From Antedon mediterranea (taxonomy: Eukaryota; Animalia; Echinodermata): a stretch of DNA of 64,000 bases. Of the stretch, positions 16,490-27,127 are shown in pieces. Position numbers and translations under genes: made by a program. The DNA lies in the NCBI RefSeq assembly GCF_964355755.1, contig NC_092677.1, positions 10,686,101-10,750,100 of the forward strand. The letters are read 5' to 3'. Below the pieces are notes generated by a model. It was not told where the DNA came from and made no database searches. It worked only from the letters and a program-made list of their open reading frames with translations. Within the stretch, counting starts at the first letter, position 1, and every line of letters starts with the position of its first letter.

Positions 16490-17285
16490 GGTCTCCACTT
16501 GTTTAGGCCTGACATTTACAACCCTCAAAATATCTCTCTTTCAAAATAAAAGAAAAACAATATTCCTTATTTTCCATTACAAAAAAATTTCGTAGAGGTT
16601 CGAACCTGGCCCGGCTAGAGCTGAGAGTACTCAAACATTACCTGACCATACAAAGTAGTACATGACTAAACAGCTGATAATAGTCTATTTATACGTGTAT
16701 TAGGCCTACGTAATTCATCAATGCCATGCAACTTTGTTTCTGATTTTAAAAAAGGTCAACTTGTTTAGGCCTGACATTTACGACCCTCAACATATCTTTC
16801 AAAATAAAAAAAAAAAAAAACAATATTCATTATTTTCCATTAAAAAAAATATCGTATAGGTTGGAACCCAATCTACTAGATTTGCACCTAAACCTGAGCA
16901 TTACCCGTTACGCCACGAAGTAGTATGACTGAACAGCTGATAATAGCCTATTTATACGTGTAATTCATCATTACATCAATAATGCCATGCAACTTTGTTT
17001 CTGATTTTAAAAAAGGTCCACTTGTTTTATTTTAGGCCTGACATTTACAACCCTCAAAATATCTCTCTTTCAAAATAAAAGAAAATAACAATTAGTCATC
17101 ATTTTCCATTAAAAACAAATATCCGTAAAGGTTCGAACCCAATCTACTAGAGCTGAAAGCACCCAAATCTGAGAATTACCCGTTACGCCACAAAGTAGTA
17201 CATGACTAAACAGCTGATAATAGTCTATTTATACATGTATTACGTAATTCATCATTACATCATAAATATCATATTAACCTTGTTA
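16490..17285 (-). repeat. Three tandem ~262-bp units, each with tRNA-like A/B boxes on the minus strand
   Basis: Units start GGTC(C/A)ACTTGTTT near 16490, 16754 and 17015. Each has GGTT(C/G)GAACC. Units 2 and 3 have ACCCGTTACGCCAC (reverse of the A-box-like GTGGCGTAACGGGT). Confidence 0.75.
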
Positions 17286-17295
17286 AAACCAAAAT

Positions 17296-17545
17296 GACCA
17301 GTTAACTCAGTCGCCTGAGCATCGTGTTGACAACACGTATGTCGTGGGTTCGATTCCCACGCTGGTCGGTGGAATAGAGTAAAAGGTATGCGACCAACTG
17401 TGTTTGGGGTTCACAGAATTATACGTCCCCCTTTCCACCACACATCATGAGGCGACAACATCAAAGCATCTGGTGATGTGCTGGAAACGACCCCAAAAGG
17501 CTGTGGCAGGACCTTAGTGCTGAGGCAGGGAGAGCACATTTAACA
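17296..17545 (+). mobile_element. tRNA-derived SINE with a near-intact cloverleaf head (17296-17368)
   Basis: Acceptor stem GACCAGT/GCTGGTC, T-arm GTGGG-TTCGATT-CCCAC, anticodon loop TT-GAC-AA. The D-loop lacks GG and a ~180-bp body follows instead of a T-run terminator. Confidence 0.65.
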
Positions 17546-18060
17546 TATTTTTTTTATTTAATTTTGTTTTTCAACCTGTATTCGATCTCGTAAATTTTAT
17601 GTTTGCCGCCTTCAATTTTAAAAGAAATTTAATTTATTATTTGCATCGGGTGGGCCGGATGGATGGAGGGTCTTCTTTCAAGAGCCAAATATTATATTGT
17701 ATGTGTATATTTTTTAGCTCTTAGCGTTCCATAGTAAATAAATGAATTTTTGTTTTTTTAAGAAGATCGTTCGTGCGTCGCGTGTGTGGTGTGCAAGTGT
17801 CAGAAACTTTATTTATTAAATGTGTGCTTTTTGACAGTAATTCATAATAAGGTTGGTATAAAATAATTATAAATTGACTAAAATAAAGAAAATGATACAA
17901 AAATGTGTAGCCTAATAACAATGCGTATGTTTAATAATGTTTTCAGTTGCTAGGCGAGGCAGGTGGTGGTCTAGGCCTAGTCTGCGTGAATTTCTTGGTA
18001 TTTTGTCCGTCTGCTCTGACTGGCTGAGCTCGTCTCGCCCGCCCCCCGGCCGCAGTAGTT

Positions 18061-19822
18061 GGGCGGCCTGCGATTTTTTTTTTCGTACATAAGTAAAAAT
18101 AAACATTATTAATTCATCAGTTAAATTTTCTTGTTCCGTGTGCACCCAAGCGTATAGCAACAAGAAGTGATTACACAAGTGCGGTATGGTGTTTTTAATA
18201 TAATTTACGCCGTGGTTAGGATTCCGGCACCGGAACTCAACTGCCCAGCGTTAGGGAATCCGACACGCTATTGCGCATGCCCAGAGTGAGGTAATCGGCG
18301 ACTCTATACAGACTAAATAGCGATAGATCATTTTTAATAGCAGCGCCACGGCGAACTAGGCCTAGTGTAGATGCCTACTAATAGGCCACTAATCTAGTAA
18401 GTAGGCCACTAATCTAGTAAGTAGGCCTACCAGTTAGACGTGACCAGTGGGCCTATTTATTTCGTAATTAAAGGAGTGGTTGCTTCATTCATATATAAAC
18501 TTCATATAATGATTTATATAATTACATGACTAGTTTTATGATTTTTCAAGTACAAAATAAAAGATTTCATATAACGCATTATACTGTACATAACATGCAA
18601 CCATATACAAGTTGATTTGTTGACGGCAGTTGCCGCGCGGATGTGAAAATACAGAACTGTTCGGGAAGTTGGGGTCACAACGCTACGCTCATTTCTTGAA
18701 ATACGCATTATGACACTGGGCAGGCCTGTGTTTCTTTATTCTGAAAAAAATCATAGGATAAAAACACAATAAAGTACCGATACGGCAAACTTATTTCCAT
18801 TGTGGTCCTATATACATTGTGTTTTTCTCCCGTTCCGAACTTCATACTTCTTCTGTCTAATAAAATTACAGCATACGATTCTTAAGATACTGATTCTTAT
18901 CAATATCATAATTATTTTAACGTGTGGCGTAGTCGTATTTTAATTATTAATTCATATATGGCCTAGGCCAAGTTTCATCCATCGCTCCCTTGCTCGCCCA
19001 ACGACTAACTACAGTAAATCCCTATAAACACTCCGAATCTCGGTGGTGCAGGTGTGGTGTGTGGCATTAGTCTCTGGGAATGCGCAATAGCGTGTCGGAT
19101 TCCCTAACGGTGGGCATTTGAGTTCCGGTGCCGGAATCCTAACCACGGCGTATAATTTATTACTAAAGAATTACGTGTTAACATTATAGTTTCTATTAAT
19201 ACTATTAGGCCTAATTATTAGTCTCTAAACCCATGTCTATTCTAGTGTAGTAGCTGTGTGGGTGTGTGTGACGTGTGTGTGTTAGGTATGACACAATCCG
19301 AGTAATAAGTCAGCAAAATTAAACAATAAACATTACACAAAAATAAATGTTTTATTCTCGTGGGTCTAATCTTTCCATCTCATGTGTTCATATACGCGCA
19401 TTTTTAAAGTTCCTTTGAGTACATGCATATTGTTTGATAATAAAATAGCAGAATTAAAAAAATACAGTACACAAATTATACACATTCTATATTCTTGTGG
19501 GTCTAAGCTTTCTTTGGGCTATGTCCAATGAATTACTACTTAGTTTAATGTCTTGCCTAGCTGTCGATTAGCCTCGACTCGACACATTTTGCATAGTGGT
19601 GTGTGTGAAGAAGAGTGCGCAAAGGCAATCGCGTGAATTGACTTAGAATACTAGGCCTACTGTGTAGAAAGTATCGTATCGCAGTTGTGTAATCACTTCT
19701 TGTTGCTATACGCTTGGGTGCACACGGAACAACAAATTTAACTGATGAATTATTCATGTTTATTTTGTGACGTTTCATGAGGGTCCCCAACTTATGTACG
19801 AAAAAAAAAATCGCGGGCGGGC
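18061..19822. repeat. Outer ~130-bp inverted repeat pair (18061-18190 / 19675-19822) enclosing the Mutator-like element
   Basis: TTGTTCCGTGTGCACCCAAGCGTATAGCAACAAGAAGTGATTACACAA and its exact reverse complement. Confidence 0.8.
18208..19150. mobile_element. Mutator-like non-autonomous element, ~80-bp TIRs, 9-bp TSD
   Basis: CGCCGTGGTTAGGATTCCGGCACCGGAACTCAA...TTGAGTTCCGGTGCCGGAATCCTAACCACGGCG. TSD TATAATTTA at 18199-18207 and 19151-19159. Confidence 0.88.
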
Positions 19823-20001
19823 TAGTACGAGAAACTGCTGCAGACGGAGGCTAACTCTACTAGGTGGAACGATTTTGTTTGTGTGTGTGGATGATCTAAC
19901 ACCAGTGGCAGATTCAGAATTTTGAAATAGAGGACCCCACACATTGAATTGCCTAAAATTAAAAAAAGAGCCTGGGCATTTTTTAGATGTAATGAATCCG
20001 C

Positions 20002-20965
20002 CGGGACGATTCGGGCCACTTTTGGTGTGACGATTCTGCCCACCTTTGGGCCGAAACATCCCACTTTGTGGGCCGAAACGTCTTACTTTAGACCAAATTT
20101 ATATTCATATTTTTTGGTATTTATCAAGTTTTTAAATAAATAATCCGTATTTTATTGATATTGTTGACAATGTTGATATAGGCTAAGCTAATATTATTAT
20201 TATTACTGCCTTTCCGCTGAAAAGTCTGCCGACATTTCCGCTTGGGCTGCTCCGTAAATCTATTTTACCAGTTTCTTCCAGTCTGATCTTTCATTGGCTA
20301 GTTCTTTAAGTTGTTTCTTGTCTTTCTTGGTTTTCAATTGTCCGGGATACTTAATGTCTGTGTTATGCTTATAAAGGGTGAGTTATTGGTAGGGTGGTTC
20401 TCGGTCTTCCTCGAAATTTTATATTGGTAGTGTTGCTGAAATAATAGATTATTGCTGTGTTGGCTGGTGTACATGGGTCTTGTCTAAGTATGTGACCTAC
20501 AGTAATAGTCTCCATCTTGCGTCGACTATTTCTAAGCTAATATATAATATAAAATAAATTACAAAAAAAAAACATAATTTTATATTCAATTTACTGTACT
20601 TCGAAAACTTTGTTTATTTCGTTTTTTTCGCTAAGCGACCAACAGAGGGCATAATTTTTTACATCGTTGACGTGACTAAAAAATGATCATTTTCGGCAAT
20701 GTTTTCAAAATGTTTGTTTTATTTTATTTATGTATTTTATTCCTTTCAGTAAAGACAATACAAACATAAAACGTGAAAGTGGAGCACTGAGGAGAGACAA
20801 AAGCTGTCTTATCTTTATCCCTAGTAGTACTACCCCATAGTCTCTCTGAAAATAAAGTTTGGGGAAAAAAGCTTATTTTATACTTATAAAATGCATATCA
20901 AAGCCGATAAATTTAAGTGTGCCGAATTGTCCCAGGCCGAATCGTCTTAGAGCCGAATCGTCCCG
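20002..20965. mobile_element. MITE with CGGGACGATTCGG TIR and GGCCGAA subterminal repeats, interrupted by an RTE fragment
   Basis: CGGGACGATTCGGGC at the left, GCCGAATCGTCCCG at the right. Confidence 0.55.
20190..20538 (-). mobile_element. 3' end of an RTE-clade LINE
   Basis: Degenerate translation ARWRLL-GHILRQDPCTPANTA...YYF...RGRPRTTLPIT...LKELANERSDWKKLV, followed by a (TAA)n tail. Confidence 0.7.
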
Positions 20966-21001
20966 CTACTTTTATAATAGGCCTAAACATAAGCAGCCAA
21001 A

Positions 21002-21400
21002 AATATGCCTTTTTGAAGAAATGGAACCATCTTCGATATATAACAAACAATGCCATGCAGCAAGCAACAAAGCGTAACCAACAGAAATAACATCGCCTTT
21101 TTATGGGATTTCAGGACACCATGTTAATTAAAAAATCGTAACTCTTCAACAGATGATCGTATTAGAAAATAAATTACTGTCAAATGTTATTAAAAGATTG
21201 GCCGATATCACTGCTAATATTTTAAGAACATTTTATAGTAACATTTTGTCCATACGACTGTCCGAGTTACAAAGTTTTATGTAACTCTTCCTTCGAAAAT
21301 CTGCTGAAAACCCTATGTTATTTCTGTTGGTTACGCTTCGTTGCACAGCATTGTTTGTCATCGATCGAAGATGTTTTCCATTTTATGAGAAAGGAATATT
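21002..21400. mobile_element. MITE with ~90-bp imperfect TIRs directly upstream of the coiled-coil gene
   Basis: GCAACAAAGCGTAACCAACAGAAATAACAT versus ATGTTATTTCTGTTGGTTACGCTTCGTTGC. Confidence 0.7.
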
Positions 21401-21681
21401 ATTAATAATAATAATAATTATTGACTGGCAAAAACAATGTAATTGTAATTTAAAAAAAAAATTGTGTTTTTTTTTAACACTGTGGATACATTTCCGACAC
21501 TGGAATGCAACTGCCAAGCATTTGGATATATGACGTACTATTGCGTTTGCTGCAGTATTATTACGGAGAAGGGGAAGATTTTACCACTAGGACATTGTTA
21601 ACCAAGCTTAACCATCTCTAGACTATTATTAGTAAATTCCGATCTTAGTCTCATAATAAAACAATTAAACCTACATAGCAT

Positions 21682-21695
21682 GTTGTTATAGCAAC
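21682..21695. promoter_or_regulatory. RFX X-box motif GTTGTTATAGCAAC
   Basis: Fits the X-box consensus RTHNYYWTRRNRAC at all 14 positions. It lies ~250 bp upstream of the ATG at 21938, next to a possible non-coding-exon donor GTAAGT at 21701. Confidence 0.55.
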
Positions 21696-21937
21696 CATTT
21701 GTAAGTATGGAAAGCCATTTACGTAGCAATTGTTATGCATGTTGACCCTGTAAATACTAATCACATATTGAATTCCTTTATTTGTTTTATAATAATGTTC
21801 AAGACAAATTCAGTTGGCTATCACTTAATTGCTGCCTCTTATCTGTTAATTTAGATCTACCATGCTAACCTGTTGTCACCAACACTGCAGTTAGGAGTTT
21901 TTTCAATTACATCAGTGTAAAGTTATTGTTAAGAAGG

Positions 21938-24872
21938 ATGCCCCTCCATGTAAGATCCAGTAGTGCTGGCATCGACAGCAAGGCTTTTAGGGAAGCTATA
22001 GCAAGGATGCGGCAAGAGGTTCTGGAAAGTAGAGCCGAGACTCAACGTATCCAAGACCAGTTGAACTGCCTTATACTGCTTATTAAAAGGTGAAAAAACA
22101 TAGTAATAGTTTTACAAGTAGGCCTACAGTTATAATATTAAGTTACCAAATAAGTAATAAGAGTAAGTATTCACATGGAACCACACTCTTTAACATATTT
22201 GTTTCATTCTAGATCCTGGAAAGGAGACAAAGGTGCTACTCTTCATGTTTCAAATATAGTGGGTGAGATAATTGTTTTACAAACATTAGGAAAATTGGCA
22301 AGGATCACCATAACCCAATCCATTCAGTAAAATTCTTAAAGGTGGCAATCCTGTTACATGCACATGATGCTCTATAAACAAAATCTTAAACAAGCCTTTT
22401 GGAGTGGAGTCAATCTGTCGTGAGAAAAAATCCTGACATCTTACAGGATTTGAACCTACTACCATGGAATGTGGTAGCCAAGCATCTTAACCACAAAGCT
22501 ACAATTTCACTACTTTGCTGTAAAAAACATAAATTCTACCAATTCTTCTGTTTTTTTTAATTTATGTGAAATTTTTGTTTTTTTTGTAGGTATGAGCCCA
22601 CCTTCATCACTAATGGACGATCGTCATCGTCAGGATTGTAAAATCTATTCTCCTGGAAAGGTAAATTACTTTGTCATTTCTTTGCTCATTAGTAAGTAAA
22701 CATTAGGGCAGTTGGTATGTTATGAATGATGAGAGGATAATAATGTTTTGGAATTGTTGAAAGAATGACAATCAATTACTTCAGCTCATGAAAGTATTGT
22801 GCGATTCAACTGATAAGCATTATTGTTTTCTCTTTTCAGTCAAGGGCTATCAATCACTGGGCAATGTTATCGCTAGGCCTACTAAACAAACACTACAAGG
22901 AGCTAGAAGTGCATGCGTTGGACAGGGCCAAAGCAAGACTTGAGAGTAGAATGGCTTACTTAGAAGAGCAGCTAGCCTACCACCGTGACCTACTTGTAAT
23001 TCACAGGACTACATCTGCGAATGTAGACAACGGGCATTTCTTTTTAACGGAACAACATGTGAGTTTAGGTTTATTATTGATATATTTATTCACTGTAATT
23101 TACCATAAACAGAATTGTCAGATGCACTTGTTTTCAAATGACTAATGATATCTGAGTTTGCATTTTATCTACTGAATCTATGTCTACACTATCAAACTAG
23201 TTTGACAAGAAGTGTGATGTGCCCAAATATGGTAGTGATATGCCCAAATGTAGTAAAATGCAGTATATATATACCATCATACCATGATTCAGAATATTAA
23301 ACTCGCCATGTACAGTATATCTATATATGGCATTACACTTCATTTATTTCATATTTAGAAGAAAAATAAAAACGTGCAGGACACATCATCGAAAGTAAGG
23401 AGACCAGCTTCAGGAAAATCTAACACTACACTAACTGGTAATGAACAAGGTAGACCACCTACTGATATGTTAGATTTCATATTAAATACAAATCCAAGGC
23501 CCAAGACATTTTGCAAGGTAATAGTTATTTTTTCATTACTGTATGATTTTTTTGTGGCCAAGATGGCCAATTCTGCCGATATTTTGAGTTTCCCTCATGT
23601 GAAGAGGCAATGTTTAAATATTTATATATTTAGGCTCTACTACTTCTGGGTCTAGTGTGTTACACATTTTCCGCCTTTCCCATGTCTGAAAATCACCTAC
23701 AGTATCCATTGTCTAGTGATGACACATAAGTTTTTAATTAATATCACCCTCTATATTTGATGTATTTTAAAAAAGAATTTGTGTCATGCGCTCTCTTGTT
23801 TAGCTGCTATGCTTTCATAAACTTTTCTGGTTATGACCTCTGTATCTGAATCAGTTTTAATTTTTTTCACTGGCTTATTTTGATTTAATGGTACATCAAC
23901 ATATGACAAATATTTTTAAAAATATTATTGTATTTGTTTTTTTTTTCTTTATTCAGCCCGAGCTGTTTGATGGTAATAAAGTATTAGGCGAACGGCAAAA
24001 GCCGAAACGTCCACTTAGTGGTCATCTGCAACGGAAAGCAGATAGCACCAGAGCAAGGCCATCTAGTGCTGGTAAATATATTTTTTATTTATATTTATAT
24101 GCTCTAACTTGCACTGATAAGGGCTAGTGTTGCCCCAAAAGCTAAATTTCTGCCGGTTTTACGTTATCGTTTTTATTTAGCTTTTTGATTAATTTATTTG
24201 TCTCTCCATTAAAACCAGCCACTGATACCCACAGCATTTTCATTTTTTTCAGTAATTTGCCTTTTGATTTATGTGTATACAGTATTATATATATTAAACA
24301 ATATCCGCAGGAACTCATGGTAAAACTAGTTTGACAAAGCAAGCGTGGTATGGTAGTGATATCATGTGGGCAAATCACATTTTTTGTGACATAAATAGTG
24401 TAGACAAAGGTTTATGGACCAAACTCCAGCAGGCTTCTGTGATAGTATAAAACAATCTGAAATCAGGAAATTTATTATAATAATAATAATATCCTGGATT
24501 TATATAGCGCCTAATGTTGTGAAACCTCTAAGCACTGAACATTATTACCCCAGTCATTTTTATAATTTTCTTTTAGTTGTACTGAAGGGTGACCGACCTT
24601 TAAAGTCTGAGACAACTCGACCCATATCTACTGGAAATTTGAAAGGTCAGAGGTCAAAATCTGCTAAGGTCAGAGGTTCTGAATCAAATTACAATAAATC
24701 ATATATTAATCCAACTTTGTCAACGGTCAAAGTTGACACTCGAAATTTACATCAAAAGAATTTATTATTATCTGATGATTTGAAAAAAATGGAATTGATG
24801 GAGGAAGAGTTTACAAAGACTACTAAATTACTGCAGGAGAAACTTGGTATTAGAGACGGAAGTGTCATTTGA
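21938..24872 (+). CDS. Uncharacterised 353-aa coiled-coil protein with basic low-complexity RPxS motifs
   Basis: Seven phase-consistent exons 21938-22089, 22213-22262, 22590-22660, 22840-23058, 23359-23517, 23957-24071, 24577-24872. Total 1062 nt, ATG to TGA. I do not recognise the family. Confidence 0.85.
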
Positions 24873-27127
24873 AATTCTGTATGTTTATTCTTCTAACAAT
24901 GTGAATTTCATGTCCTGTAGTGTATTGATTCGGGGTGCTGGGTTGTTGTGTATATTTACACTTCAACATAATTGCTTTAAACATTATGAATTACATTGTA
25001 CAAATTGCGCCTCCTGGCAGAAGAAATGAAGATATGGATAATAGATAGTTTTTATATTGCGCTTTGATCTGGGATAATACGGCCACACTTGGTGGTTGCC
25101 ACATACGATAACCGTCTCAAAGAGCAGTGGAAAAAAAACAACAACGTTCACTGGTATTGATATTTGCGTTTATAGTGTGTACATAGTATCCGTCCTATGA
25201 CTAACAATTTGTGTGTGAGAGAAATTTGGGATTTTAAGGCAGTGATGCTAGCACTACATGTCTAGATGTACTGTACTTAAGGAGTTATTCAACCAACTGT
25301 ACCTAGAACCTTAGTGTATGGATGTCAACCATAATTAGCCTACTTGCCCTCATTTAACCCACCCACACCGTTATTTAACCCACCCACACCGTTATTTAAC
25401 CCACCCACCCTCATTTCTTTTAATCTCCATTGGTAAGAATAGTAACTCAAAATTAAATATTGTATGGCCAAACCATAGAGGGTGCTAAATTAAGAAAAAT
25501 GCAACCAAACATAGAGGGTGCTATATAAAGAAATATCTGGCAAAAATGTATACCATAGGTATATGACATATGCGGATGTGCATTGTGTGTTTTTCAGAGA
25601 CTTGGGAGGTCTGAATAACTGGTTCATGTTCCACCCACCCTGTTTCTTTTTTTGTGAATAAATAAATAATGTTTTTCCTTAAAAAATCTCATCCACGTTT
25701 ACTGATTTTTAATTTAAAATAAATATTCCATATTGTATATATTTTTTTAAAATAAGTAATTTAATCATCATAATCATCATTATTTTGTATTGATACATGG
25801 TTCAGAATAAACACAACATTTTATACTAAAGTAGTAGTTTGTCTTTATTTGTTATAGCAAATCAAAAACTAACTTAAAATGTTTATATACTGCCATCAAT
25901 TTGTCTTCAAGAAAGTTTCAACATGATTGAACTTTGACCTTTAAACATTTTCTTTTATCTTGTTTTTAGTAGACTTTACAAAACAGTAATAAAACAACTG
26001 TCACAGCAGAATGAAATACAATCAATATAAACTAAATAATAAGCAAGGTCGACATGAACAAATATTTACAATTTATAGATTTCAAGTCATGGTTACATTG
26101 ATTTTGTGTTAGTTATATTGCATCTTTTGACGCGAAATGACTTAAATTGCGTATCATCTCCATCCAAATTAATTTTCTTTTTTCTTTACCATGTCGTAAT
26201 TTAATTCTCTTATTCTCAAAACTGGTTTATTTTTGTCCAGTCATTCTTTTGTTTTTCACAATTGTTTCTATGAAAGTTATTATTACAGCTGTTTCAGTTC
26301 ACATAATTCACAAAGATCACAAATAACAGTACTACAACTTTGTCCTCTATCCTAAACCAATACTTGCGCCGTTCTAGCACCTTTGTATTCTCATTTACCT
26401 ATTTGGCTATGTTAGAATGGAATCTTTTGCGAACATTTATCTTTTTGAACAATGTCTTTGCGATGGCCAAATATCGTGTTCGGTCATTCCCAGCAAGGTT
26501 ATTGCATTCAAAGACAGCAAGCAATGTCTGAACTGTACAATATGATGAATTCAGATAATGCCTGTCCGTAAAGCTCTGTCTACACTATCAAACTAGGTTT
26601 GACAAAAAAATGTGTGATGTGTTCAAATAAGGTAGTGATATTACATCATCATGTCCATATATCGGCACATCATGTTTTTGTCACATAAAGTTTGATAGTG
26701 TAGACAAGGCTTTAGACGGTAACCGCTAGTAATAATATAATAATTAAAGTAGTTTTGTAAGGAATTTGGTACCTAAATTATATCTCTATAACCTCTGGTT
26801 AATAATATTAAGTATATTGATTACTATATCTATTGAATTGTTTCAAAACTACAACTACAGTAAAATATTTCACTGTGTTAAATCAGCTATAAAAATCAAT
26901 AGTCTTAATTTGTTGAGAAGACCAATCAATATTGATTTTTAATATACTTCTATCGAACTCATTTTTTCCACTAACCTATTTTTCTTTTAAGCTATAATTA
27001 TTGATTAGTTTCAATCGTTAAAGAATTTGAATTGTACTAAAACTGACACATTCTGTTTCTGATAAACAGAAGGCTAAGATGGTATCACTTAGTTTTGTGA
27101 TGTAATCCAGAAAAAAAAAGTGTGAAA

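Noticed and set aside
17296-17368. Functional tRNA-Val(GAC) gene
   Set aside because: The D-loop lacks the invariant GG, there are stem mismatches, there is no T-run terminator, and a SINE-like body follows.
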